64,000 nucleotides of DNA from Setoptus koraiensis (Eukaryota; Animalia; Arthropoda). The notes under the pieces are model-generated. The model was not told where the DNA came from, made no database searches, and worked only from the letters and a program-made list of their open reading frames with translations. Of the stretch, positions 11,607-24,650 are shown piece by piece. The translations under genes and the position numbers were made by a program. The stretch covers positions 7,192,001 through 7,256,000 of the forward strand of contig CM106586.1 of the NCBI GenBank assembly GCA_048013815.1, written 5' to 3'. Every line of letters begins with the position of its first letter. Positions within the stretch are counted from its first letter, which is position 1.

Positions 11607-14043
11607 CTACACAAATTGCCACAATGAATCAAAAGATGATACGCACAGAAACAGATAGATTCAGATAAATTTAGATAGATGCAAAGATAGAGGAGAGTAA
11701 TTGCGATATTGGGTATCTCGCTTTCGCCGAGCGACAAGTGTGTGCGTTTATTCCATCTTAACGTGTGTTTATTCTCTCTTAGTGTGTGTGTGTGTTCCTG
11801 TTGTTGCGATTCCTTGGGCAGCTCGAAGGCTCAACAAGTAGCGACGTTAAATGAATGTATACACATTTCTGGCCGTGCTCTCTTTATGTGTAAGTGAGTT
11901 TCCTCTTTATATCCGTTTATGCGCGGCTTGCGAAAGAACAAAGCGGCCAATGTGCAATTGCAACTTGTAAATGCCTTGCTCGCGAGTGTGTGCACAATCG
12001 AAATGGTCTCTCAACAATCGCAACACCGGCAATACCGGCCAATAGGAAGCGTGCGTGTGATCACCTGTAAAGGCAGACCATTTGCATATTGATTCGCGCA
12101 CAGCAGCAGCAGCGTTCGTGTCTCCGCTGATAACATCTCCCCCGTCCGTCTAATCTCATTTCAATCCATTCGCCACCATACCACTACTGCACACACTGAT
12201 AGCGCAATAATACCCCCAAACACACGCCGATGGCAATGAGCGAGTCGTGATCTCTAACCCATTCGCTCATGATGGGAGCTCGTGATTTTGCGGCTACCGT
12301 TGCGGCCGGACAGCGAGTGTGTTGCGCAACAGCGACCGGCAACAAGCGACCGGCAACAAGCGACCGGCAACAAGCAACCGGCAATAGGCAACCGGCAATA
12401 GGCAACGGGCGGAAGGATACTGCAAGCGCGCACCGTTGCATTTGGCTCGAGCGCTAACTGGCCCAACACTCGACCATTGTGCAAATGGTAATAATTATAT
12501 AGTAATCATGACAACAATAATAATCTAATCAGAGCCGCGCACTCTCAGCCTGCGACCTGCGATGGCGAGATGGCGATAGAGCGATAGAGCGGCCAGGCGA
12601 AATTATTGCGCCGCTAATCCAGTGACGAGACCACCGACAGACCTCTTAGCGGGCATTCACTCCCACTTGTTGATCAATCATTTGGCTTCATCACTTCTTT
12701 TCTTTCGCATACACGGACACTCGCTGGCGAGCATCGACGCTAAACGCATTAAACGCTTTCCAGCAGCAGCAGCAACAACAACAACAGCAACCACGCCAAC
12801 AGCGACGACGCCAACAAGAATGGACTTGTGGCAGAAATGCCACGGTTACCGTGCTGCGAGCGGCCAGCGGCCAGCGACGAGAGCATTCCAGAGATGCTCG
12901 CATGCCGGCCCAACAGAGTACGGGGGTACGTACACCGTTAAGTGTGCGCTGATTGCTCGGCACACTCGCTGGCAGAGAGATAGCGGTTTCTTTCTCGCCA
13001 ACATGCTCATTATTATCTTTTTAAATCTTTTCTCTCGTGAATGAATGGATCGTTTGGACAGGACAGGCCGGTCACAAGCCAGCGTCCACTAACACTGCTA
13101 TTGAGCCTGTGGGCTCTGCAGAGATTCGTCACACTATGACTGGGCACAATGACGGTCATAGGCAGCGTCATTGTGCCATAAGTGTGATGCGTCGTTGTTT
13201 ATTTTCTTTCGTGCTCGTCGTAACGGTCAAATTAAACACACCACCGATAATTTAATCGCCCATTCGTCTGTTGTTGTTGCCGTTGTTTGATCGCGCGGTT
13301 CAAATTGAATAAGATAATAAGTTTTTTCGCTGGGTGCACCTGATATTATTTTTGTTTCGGCTGACAAAGAGCGAGCCCAAGTCTCGGCGAGCACCTCAAG
13401 CGGGCACGCTTGCACGCCGACTCGCTCCGGCCATTGGTGGCGAGGCGCGACAAGGGCCGGCCGGTCGTTCGGTGCGCCGACCGAGCGGCATCGCCGCTCG
13501 CACCGTCCGGCAGTATCAATTATTGTTGTTGCTCACAATATTGCCTCATACATGCCGGGTAATGTGTGTGTGTGTGTGTGTGTACGGTGCGGAGGAACAG
13601 CTCAATCAATACGAGTGGTCAGCGGACGGGCGCTTCTCGCTTTGCGCAGCAAGCCGCGCCGCTGCCGGCCGCTGGCGCAAAGCCGGAGTGGATCAAGTGC
13701 AAATGACTGTCTCCCGACGGCTTCTTGCAACTCACATAACTTATAGCTTACAGCTTGCCGCTGCATCTGAATCGCAAATATATAAATAAACATACAGTAC
13801 AGTATGCAGCCGAGTCGGATTTGGCAGCGGCGGTGGCGCTGATGGGCAACAGGTTGTGTTGTGCCGTGCGTTTGCGCTGCTGGCCGGCCGAAATTGATGT
13901 CATGCCCAAACGGTGTTAGCTGATTATAACTGCTTATAAGGAGCTGCTTATAAGCGGCGTCGAACGCGGCCAGACTTTGCATGGAAGTAGGTTAAGCTCA
14001 ATTTGTTGTTTTCCATCGATGACCTTCTCTGCGCGACTCGCCT

Positions 14044-14119
14044 ATGGCCGGCATAGACTGTGGCCGGCGTATACTGTGGCCGGCGTATACTGTGGCCGGC
14101 GTATACTGTGGCCGGCGTA
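14044..14119. repeat. Minisatellite, 16-bp unit GTATACTGTGGCCGGC, ~4.7 copies
   Basis: Unit starts at 14069, 14085 and 14101 read directly, with degenerate flanking copies. Confidence 0.95.
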
Positions 14120-17100
14120 GTATGCCGTGCGCTCGCTTAGTGTTCTCGCCAATAATGGTAATACTAATAATAACAATATTATTATTATTACTTCAATTAT
14201 TGCTGCGTTCGGCCTGTTTCTGGCGCAGCTCTCCCTCGGCAGTGCACAGTCTCGGCAGGGCAGAGTGTGCCTTGGCGTCGAGCTTTCGCTGCCGTCTCTG
14301 TCTTTGGGGCTGCCAGACAAAGGCGACACACATAGGCGATACAATGGGCGACGCAGTGGCCAAGGTGAGCCGCGACGAGCCACGCCGAGACGGGCCACGC
14401 CGATCTCAGCGCCTATCTCGGCTCGGCCACTTGGCCGTTTCGGCGCATAGCAGAGTGCGCCAGTGGCCGGCAGACGGGCCAAGCGTGGCCCGATCGGAAT
14501 CAATGGTGCAAGAATCAACTCAATTGAATTTAATTTGCGACTGGCGGGCTGGCAGCTGGCAACGGTGAGCTGGCCATTAAGTTAATGGTGACGATGGCGA
14601 CAAATTGAACAAAACAAGTTATTGAAGTTTATCTCTGGCGCATCCGTCTGATCGTCTGGCATCATGGTCATCATGCGCCAACAGCTGCCTGGCCTGGCCA
14701 AAAGTGGCACGGCCAAACTGTTGATGCCAACTGCTGCCATAACTGCTGATGCTGACGCCATAGCCGCTGACGCTGCGCCGCGAATCAATCATCTGCATCC
14801 TGATCGATCTCCTCAATATGCGCTCTCGGTCGGTGCGTTTCCTCAAACCTGAGCCGGCCAGCCAGCCCAACGAGTGACGCAAAAGCAAATCGCACAGGTA
14901 ACGCAGCAGATCACACAAATCACACATCGCGGGACGACGAATCACAAATGAAGCAAATACTCGCCGTCGTCGCCGTCGTCGTCGGCGGCGGCGGAATTCT
15001 AATCAGGCCATTGCCTGGAGCTGAACGGCCGCGCATCATGCGCCAACAGTAGTTGTTTGATGTGTGCGCTGCCAAGCTTGTTTCCAAATAAAACATTTCG
15101 CTTCGTTTTATTCTGTTTGTGTTGTTTAGGCTGCCAAGACGCTGGCTACTGTTAGTCATGGCCAGGTGACCCTGGTTTGCATGTGTGAGTGTGTGTGTGT
15201 GTCGATGCACATTTTGTAAAAACCATAGTTGGTGGTCTGGTGGCTGTCCGCCTGGCGGACCGAGCCTGCGTTGGGCCATTAGTTACGCAACGCACAAGCG
15301 CAAGGTTAATATTAGCACAGCACCAAGCCATAGGGTCCGCTGTCAGCCTAACAGTGTAAGGGCCATTGTTGTCCGATGCCGCTGCCGTTGGTCGGTGGCC
15401 GTTTAGTCGGCCGCTAATAAATAATATTAATATGCGCTGTTTATGGCACCGATAGTCAGCATATCACCGTGCTGCCGCTCACACTGATAGAGACGTCAGC
15501 TCGTTTGATTGCGATTGGCCAACTTTTTGCCCTCTCTCTCTCGCCTTGCCATGCAGCCCGATGGCGAGACGGCCGAGTGGCCGGGCGGCCAGGTAGCCGC
15601 ATAGCCGGCGACTGTGCACACAAGAGTGCCCGTGTGCTCGACCGTGTTGCGCACCGTGTCTACGTGATCGTTTCTGCGCTCGCTATCGCGCTGGCTAGCT
15701 CGCCGGCTGGCTCGCCGGCATGGCCTTGATGATTCGTCTTGTTTGTTGACCTCATTTGATCCTGTTACACTTGCTCGCTGGCTGGCTCGCTCTGGCCGGC
15801 GGCGACCGTCATGCGTTGCCGGTTGGCGGCGATACGTGGCCCTGCGTCGCTGTTGCTGCCGCAAATGTTAGAATGTTAAAATGTTTAAAATGTTTAAAAT
15901 GTTCAAATGTTGTTGTTTTAAATGTTTAAACGCTCAAACTTCGAACGCAACAGGCCAACACGGGCGCTTGAACGCAAACGCTGGCACAATCGCGACTAAC
16001 GAGCAACGCAGGTAATGAGAGTAACGCGTCGCTCTAATGTCGCGCCCTATCACGGTGATAGGCCAACGCGATCGAGTATATCCCATCGATCCATTGTGGC
16101 CGTCGTCATTGATCTCTGTCGGTTGGCCTTTGTGGCCCTTGCACTTTGCGTACGCACTCACACACATTGCAGTGCGCGCATGCAGGCACACGTAGCGGCC
16201 CGACGGATGCGACCGATCTGCTGGCACGGTTCTGCTGCCGCCCAGGCGTACGTGATAGATTGAAATCGTGCCCAATATCGGCCGATATTGGCCGATATCG
16301 CCCTCGCCGAAAGGCCAAATCGCAGCCAAATCGGCCAACAATGGGCAAATAATATAAAATGCCTGCAAATTGTTGGCTACAATGGCAAACGACGCCGCCA
16401 GCAAATCAAATTATCGGCACACACTCACACACACAGCGCCAATGGGTGTATTTTTGCGCCTTACAGGCTGTAAGTTACAGAGCGCGCACACACAAGCGTT
16501 TGTTGCCGCTTGCCCGCCGCTCGTCTAGCAATATTGGGCTTTTCGTTGTCATTTCGCTTGTTGTGTGTGTTATTGTTGCTGATTTATTTGCATTTACCGC
16601 AATTCGAGCTGTTTGAGCGAGCTGTTCGGGCAAACTGTTTGTGTGCACCAGCATAGTGCAGCATTTTGCCAAACAGCATTGGCGTACTGCCGGCTTGTGT
16701 GTGCGTTGCGAGCGGCAACAAGCGATTATATGGCTAAACAAACAGAACAAGTTGATAATTATATTCAATTGTGCCCGTCCGTCCGTCCGTCGCCGGTCGT
16801 GCCTGCGTTGCTGTTGCCGCTGTTGCGCTGCCAAGACGACAACAATTCATTAGTGTCCTCGGCTCGTCAAGTGTGAATAAGTGGCTCCTTGTTGTCGAGC
16901 CCCTCCGCTGTTGGCCAATGTTTAAGAGCGTCTTGTTGTGGCCCGTCTTGTTTGTTGCGCAACGAGCAGACGAGACAAATTATGCAAATTGCTCTCTCGA
17001 GCGCAAGTTGCGCTCTCACACAATGCTCAGCTTGTGTGTCAGCTTGCGATGAATAATGGCGCTGCGTTCGCCAAACAGCGCCACCGGCCAGACCCCATCC

Positions 17101-18287
17101 GTGCCAGCGCATTGTCCGCCATGGGCAGACTCTGTTTGAAACGGACTGTGAAACGGACTTTGAGACAGACTTTGAAACAGAGTGCTCGCTGATTGACGTC
17201 GCCACCGCTGCCCGTGCTAACCGGCGGCCACCGTCGGCCGCTCACTGTGTCGGCCGGCTCGCCGTGAGCCGCTCGCTCCCTCGTCGCCGCTCGCTCCCCT
17301 GGCCCGTCGAGACCGCAGACTGTGCCCGATTCGAGACCAACCAACCAACGTCAGAAACTTCAAGTCGCCGCGCGGCGATCAACAGCGCAAATGTTTAAAC
17401 AATCAATAATCTTTAGCAGCAGTGCAAATAATGCCCGTTCGGCCACATCGCTCTCCCAAACATTCTAATAACATTATATACAAATATTATGCATTATTAT
17501 TATCGCATGCCGCCATGCGCGGCCGAGGCGATAAAAACGTCATGATTAATGACGTTCGCCCGGCCGTCCGTTGGGTCGGACTTGTGGCCGGCATGCCACA
17601 AGTATGGCAAATTGCGATACTTGTGGCTGGCGTTTGTTTGTGGTTGGTCGCGTTTGTTGTGTGTGTGTGTGTGTCGCCTTGGCAAACATTGTGTACACTT
17701 GTTGTTGGTGGCTCGCGCGGTCTGGCCACAGCCGATCAGTATCTAGACTCTCGATTGGAGAGATGCGGCCCGCTTTCGATGTCAGAGTTTCGTTTGGCGC
17801 TCGTTGTTGGCCGGCCGGCCGCCCAACCAACAGTGATGCCGCCGTTGATTATTAATCATCATGTTTCCTTTTCTCGGCACTTGTTGCGGTCGCCAAGGCA
17901 CTTGTTGTTGCAAACGCTAGGCGACCGCAACAAGCGAGTGTCTTGTTCCACGCGCCATCTCATGCCATCGCCAAGCTCATGCCAACTCATGCGATGCCCA
18001 CTCATTTTGGTCGCTGGCTCGCTGGCGATGGCACAAGTTACAAAAGTACAAGTTGCGTAAACGTATCTTTGCAGGCGGCCATAAATGCGCTTCTGCGCCA
18101 TCGTTGTGAGCGTCACAGGCAGCACATAATACCGTATTATATCATATTATATCATGTAATACATAACGTATAATATATAGCACTGATTTATTAGTGAGCG
18201 GACGGCCGGCGATCTAGCCAGGCGCGCGCTCGCCGAACCGCTTCCTGTGCTCGCTCACGGGCCGATTTGCGGGGCGGTTTGCGGAGC

Positions 18288-18331
18288 GATTTGCGAGCGA
18301 TTTGCGAGCGATTTGCGAGCGATTTGCGAGC
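18288..18331. repeat. Tandem repeat, 11-bp unit GATTTGCGAGC x4
   Basis: Read directly; two degenerate copies lie just upstream. Confidence 0.9.
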
Positions 18332-18503
18332 GAGTGATTTACGGCGCCCTTGTTTTGTTGCTCATCGCCTGCGCTTATGCAACGCTCAACATGTTACATA
18401 TGTAATGGAGATTGTTTACAGCAGCGCGCCGGGCATGATTTATGCCGCGCTCGGGTGTCAATCGAGGCAGTCGGCGCAAATTGTGGCTGCACAATTTGCA
18501 TTT

Positions 18504-18631
18504 GCGTTTCGGCAATTCGGCGTTTCGGCAATTCGGCGTTTCGGCAATTCGGCGTTTCGGCAATTCGGCGTTTCGGCAATTCGGCGTTTCGGCATTCCGG
18601 AATTTCGGCGTTTCGGGATTTCGGCATCTCG
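18504..18631. repeat. Minisatellite, 16-bp unit GCGTTTCGGCAATTCG x~8, built from an 8-bp xxxTTCGG subunit
   Basis: Five perfect copies then three diverged copies. Source of the repetitive RRFGNSAF ORFs in the track. Confidence 0.95.
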
Positions 18632-21600
18632 GCCCATTTGCATGTGGGCTCCCGGCGCAGCCCAAGTGGCGGCCAACATTGCAGCGGCCGGCCGCTGACA
18701 GACCGGCCACTGCCGACAAGCCGGCCGCTGCAACTCGACGCAACCGACGACCGGCAACAGAAACGACCGACGAGCATGGGCTGGCAACGCTGCGAGCACG
18801 CAACATGTAAACATCGCAGTATGTTATACACAGCCAACATATATGCAGCCGATATATGCAGCCGATATATGTAGCCAATATCGGACATGTTACAACATGC
18901 CGGACATGGCGCGTTTCGAGCGGGCCGTCGCGCTGCATCGCAACGTCCCGTCTCAATTATGTAATAATATCCAGCACCCTGGGCTCCACAAGCTCGGGCA
19001 ACACAAGCACAAGCTGTGTTATGGCTGTATTAAATTGCTGCTTGCTGTTGTTTGAGTGACGCTGGCCAGATCACAGGATGATATCGACCCACTTATAATG
19101 GGTGTTAAACGAGTCTCTTGTCGCCGAGTTGCATCATTAGACGATGTTGTTGTTGTTGGTTGAAGTGGCCCGATGAGCAGCCGATGATTTGTTGCGGCTT
19201 CGGCCAGCTGCCCGCTCAACTTGGCCGGTTCAACTTGAATAATGAAGCATCACAACTGCATCACCTGTAATGGTCGCCGGGCCGGCTTCTTTTCGCAGCG
19301 CTCGCCCGGCCGACTGGCGACTGGCGACTGTTGACGAGTTCTGGCAAAACTCTGCACATTTATAATTTATAATTAAATCCACGTCTACCCATCACATGAG
19401 CGGCCGGACACTGTTGCGGCCCGGCCGGCCGGCCGGCTGGCTGGTGGCGCTAATTATCATCATTGAGTTATTGGCGATGGTTGTATCATGCAACTTGCAG
19501 GGGCGGCCGATTTGTTGTTGTTTGTGTCTCGCATTGGTTGCGCCACTGGCCGGGCTCGGGCAACAGCACCGGCCGACAGCGCAATCATGATGGCATGTCA
19601 TGCCTCCGAGGCTCCGTTGGGCTCGTCGTGAAGCCGCCATGAAGCCGGCCGACGCAACGGCTGGTTGTGTCTGTGTTCGGGCTGTCCGACCGGTCGGGCC
19701 AGCACTGGCTCATGACGCGCTCAACTGCGCTAATCCCGGCACGACCGTCCGTCGTCTTGCGCTAGCCGGCCAACCCGAGCGTCACCCTGCGTCCCGAGCA
19801 GCGACGATGCTCGCACATCATGAGCGTATGTCAATATTTAACAAGTCAGGATTTATGTCAGCAGTCAGCTTAGTGGCGGCTCGGCTCGCAAATCGGATCG
19901 GCCGGCACAAACAGCCCTCTCGACACTCGGCTGGCCATCGAACGCCAGCCATTGGGCGATCATCGAATGCAAATGGCCATTGGCGCGACCCTGCAATGCA
20001 GAGGCGATTCTTTGTCGAGATTGGCGATGGCGATTCTTTGTTTCTAATTGCAATGTGCGCTGGAACTGGCAGCAACTTTATAACTTTATGTCCAGCAACC
20101 GCTTGTAAGCCGCTGATCCCCGCCAATGATTACCATTGTGCAGTGCACAGATAATGGCCAGCCAGCCAGCGATTACATGTTGTCAAACATTGTAACAAGT
20201 CGTCGATTTATGATTGATTCCTCGCACTGCCACCAAACGGCACAATCGCTGTATGCTGATAAGGCCAAAATGATGGCGATAGCCATCAGGTGATGCGATA
20301 TTCATTCAGGGTATATCTGGCTATGCGATCGGGTTGCCAGCCGCTCTCGATGGGAGCCTCGCTTTTAATTCTCTCCCTGGCACTTAATTCTCCTATCTCG
20401 CCCTATCTCTCTCCGGCCATCGCTGGCCACCGCTGGCCGACCCGAGATCGCATCGGCCGCCGTTTGTGTGCATCGCAAACAAAGATCCGCCAAAGCCTAA
20501 TCTGATCTGCGTCATCGCAGCGCCAGAGATTACGTTTGCGCCGGCACTTGCCGCATCAGCCTGTCGCTGGCGCTGTTGTCGAGACCAATGGCGCCACCAA
20601 TAACTACCGACTAATGGCCCGGCTGTGCGTTTTGCCGCGCCGGCCCATTGGTAGCCGGCTTACAGGTAGTCCCACTCACGGGTAGTGTGCGTGCGTCATA
20701 ATGAAGTGTGTGGGAGCAACAATAATCTTCATTATAACGGGCCTAAACTCTCTTTGCCCGTTGCCCATTAATCATGCACTCAACGGCGATGATAATTTCG
20801 CTCTGCTCTCCTCTCTATTCTTTTCGCTTCTGCTTGATACTGCTCGTCACTGCAGCCATGGCTATATTACATAACACACTGTTGACCGTTACCCGTTAAC
20901 GAGATATTGTTGTTGTTGTTGTTGTTCTCGCTGTGTTTTGTTGTTGCAACAGTTTTGCTTTTTATTGTTGTTGTTGTTGTTGTTGTTTTTGTCCCGGCTG
21001 AGACTGGCGGCGAACCAGCTCAGCTCGACCGAAAGCTATTCTCACCAGCCGCTCGCTGGCTATTTTCGGCCGGCACAATTATCAGCGACCGTCGTCGGCC
21101 ATACGCCGAGCCGAGCCAGCTGAATCAATGACCATTCGATCATTCCATTTCGCCTTTTCGCACACTAATTACGCAACAACAACAACAACAGCAACAACCA
21201 TCAACCTGTTGTTTGTACACCAGGCATGTCGTACCAGTGCGCTGGTACGACTAATTTGTTGCACACTCATGATTAAATGGTGCCCGTCGTAATTGGCAAT
21301 ACTCAAACTAATTGATATATTAGTTGTTTGTTCGTCCTTTATTGGTCACAGCCCGGCTTGCGCATCGGCCATCAACCAATTACTGGCCGGTCCGAGCACA
21401 ATTTGCAGCAATTATCCAAGGACACCAGTGCCACAAGCGACTGCTACAAGCACCGGCTTGTATCGACAGCTAATTAGTGGTCAACTCGCTCCTTGTGCGA
21501 CTGTACTGTTCTAATGCTAGTTGTAATGTCCAGCCATCGAGACCGATTTCCGTCGACTCGCTGCAACGAGAATCCACGCTGGACAGTCGCCAATCCAGCG

Positions 21601-24119
21601 ATATGTCCGGCCAATTGCATCGATACGTCCGGCCAATCCAGCGATATGTCCGGCCAATATGCAGCCTAAATAACAAGGATATAATTAGGGTCAAGCAAAC
21701 AGGCAACCACTTGTCGTCAGTGACCAGCCATAGTTCATGTCTCTCTCTCTTGTCGATAATTGCCACTTTATGGCCGGGCTTGTTATTTCGTCAGCATACA
21801 CTACACATTTATCGTCATACGTTATTCAGCTATGTCTTGCTGTTCATACTGCCGCTGCAAACGACTGGTGTGTGTATGCAAATGAGCTCGGCCGGTTGTG
21901 AATTGCATCACATTCATGTTTGATTATCGATGATTATGATTGTGACAAGACCAGTCACCATCATGTTAAATTATTAAATCAGCCAACTTACAAACATCCG
22001 TTATAATTAACTGTAATACTCACTCGCATGACCGTGTCGAGATCGTGACTCCGGCCGCAATGACCATCATGTAGCTCCATCTTGCGTTAAAGAATGGCAA
22101 TGGCGTTAGTAGGGCGCCATTTTCAAGAGTTTTTGGCGCCACTCAACTGATAACTTTACTTTTTGATAACTTTTTTCCTTCTATTCACATTGGCCAACTA
22201 AAATAATGCTGCATTTAGAGGCACGCACCACGTTGCCAATGATAGTCTGCTTCTTAGTTAGGGTCACATTGATCGGCTCGAGCCCAAGCTCGGGTGATTC
22301 CCGACTAAACCATTGTCCACATTGGCGCGAGGTTGTTGTATTAGGGTGCGCAGAGAGTTCTGCGTCTAGATATGAAAAACAAGTCTCAGAAATCCCGCTT
22401 CTGACACGGCAAGTGTACCTTGGATGCACTGGAGTCGTCCATTCGCCAATAGTACGAGTCCAATTTTCTCCATAGCAGTCTGGGGGAACTATCCCGAGAT
22501 TGGATTTTGAGGCTAACGATCAGTTTTGTTCAGTGGCTTCGATTTTTGTTTTGAGGCTAACGCCGATCAAAAAAAGTTTTCAAATTTCTAACCTGACAGC
22601 TTTTGCTGTCGTTTTCAGTGCTAATTTCGACATTCTATTGACCGCAAAGAGTTTGTGAACAAATAAAGAGTTTTCGGTGCCTCAAAATGCAACCCCGGAG
22701 AAGTTCCTCCAGTTTGTTATGGGTAAAATTGTGCTAGTACCAGTGTGAAAAGGACAATCCCGGTGGATTCAAGGACTTATCGTACCAGAAGCAGAATTCC
22801 CTTGGCTTGTAACATCTTTTTCATAGCTGGACGCACAACATACTGCGCAACCTGATACTGGTTCCTTGTTTCGTTTGAAAAAACATTTTATCGTGGCAGA
22901 GAGGCCAGCGGGGCTAACTTGAGATATTCACCGACATTTCCATAAATAGATGGAGTTGATGTGATGCAACAGCAACGAATGTTGCCGGATTTCCGGTGCG
23001 TACTGTCAAGTAAAAGTTAATAGTGTCCGGTGGGTGTGACAAAAAATCCAAGTCGTAATAGCATTGATCTCCATTGATTTGGCTGTAGCCGGTTGACAAT
23101 TGTTGTTGGTGGTCTCGTGAGCGAAGCCATCAGTGGCTTGCATGACAAGCGCCACTAAAAATGGGCGCTCGGCGTAAATGATAGCACCTCATTAGTGTTG
23201 CTGTGGTTGCACATTAGCGATCATTAGAGCGGCCATATCAGCGGCCGGCTATTGGCCGCCCTGACAATTGGCCAGATTTGAATTAAATTGAGCGACTGGT
23301 CAACCGTCGGCCGCAACCGACCAACTGGCAATGTTGCCGACAGCGATAGTCGGCGGCTGAATTTTTGTTTGCCCGTCTTGTGTGTTGTTTGTGTGGTTGC
23401 GATAATTATCTCATTTGTTTCAAGCTTCATTCATCATTCATTTTGCACATCATTAACTAATGATTGCGATTGCCGGCCAATGCGAACATTGAAAATATTG
23501 ATTTGATATTTTGACTCTGGGCACGTTTCATCAATTGCTGCTGCCGAATTGCCTGTTGCTGTCCAATCGGTTGTTTGAAAACTGTATACTGACTGAAAAC
23601 ACGGTCGCCGTTGTGTGAAAAGCCGTGTTCGGGCTGCAACAGTTGCAATTTCGTTGCATCTCTTTTAATTTTGCGTCGCAATCGCGAGCTCTGTTTCATT
23701 AGCGGACAGTGTGCAGTTTTGGCCAAACGTTTAGTCGCGCGCAATCGCAATCATTAATCAATTACGCCACTACGCAGCCAGCTAACAGTGGCTGTCATTT
23801 TGCTCGCCTGACGGAACTGACGCTTCCGATCGTCATGATGATATTTGCATGATTGATTCATTCTGGCTTAATTGCCGGCCCGGACTGTTTCTGCGAGCAG
23901 CGTCTGCGACTTTTCGGCCGCTTGTTTGAATTTCTGATTGCGACTGGGCCGAACGTCTGACCGGCCGGTCGCTTGACTGATTTCTGAACTGCGACTGGCT
24001 CGAGCTCTTCGAATGCGATTCGCGACCCGGCGCTCGCACTTTGCAAATCAATTCAGCAGACCAGTCAGCGCGATCGCCGCAACGACTCGACCGGTGTGCA
24101 TGTCGTATACAACTGCGCA

Positions 24120-24201
24120 AAACACTGACAACACTGACAAACACTGACAAACGCTGACAAACGCTGACAAACACTGAAAAATACACTGACAAACACTGAA
24201 A
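24120..24201. repeat. Degenerate 10-bp tandem repeat AAACACTGAC
   Basis: Read directly. Confidence 0.85.
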
Positions 24202-24577
24202 AACACACCGCACTCGAAGGGGCACTGCTGCACTGCCCGCCGGTCAGACGAGCGGCCGGCCGCGCGCCCGTCGAAAGCAGGAACTCGGCGCGACGATCGG
24301 CTAATGTTTGCTTATCGTGTATTTATCAATGTCACCGCAATTACGTCGTGATTTCATTATGTTGCGCAGCGGCCGCATGCCGCTCAGCCGATGCTGCCCG
24401 AGACGCCCAATGCGGCCGGTGCCGGCACTGCGCTGACGAAAATGACGAAGACGATGAAGATTATGATGAAGCACGAATAATTAATTGACAAAACGCTGAT
24501 TGCGTCATTGTAATTAATTAGCGGCGTCATGTGAGGAGAGTACATGTTTTGTCATACTCCAATACGTCGTAGAGCAC

Positions 24578-24650
24578 ATGTTTATGATGTAATGTTTATG
24601 ATGTAATGTTGATGATGTAATGTTGATGATGTAATGTTGATGATGTAATG
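24578..24650. repeat. Tandem repeat, 14-bp unit ATGTTGATGATGTA x5
   Basis: Read directly. Confidence 0.9.

Noticed and set aside
12390-12484. NGRVLGQLALEPNATVRAC as a PH-domain fragment upstream of the 9740 gene
   Set aside because: No flanking PH motifs, no phase-compatible splice sites, and the frame runs into a repeat.
18504-18631. Regular repeats here and at 35158-35322 as CRISPR arrays
   Set aside because: Head-to-tail units with no unique spacers, no cas genes, eukaryotic context.
21228-21251. Perfect 10-bp hairpin GTCGTACCAG-TGCG-CTGGTACGAC whose arm resembles the 3' end of miR-277
   Set aside because: The miR-277 seed (AAATGCA) is absent and the stem is far too short for a pre-miRNA.
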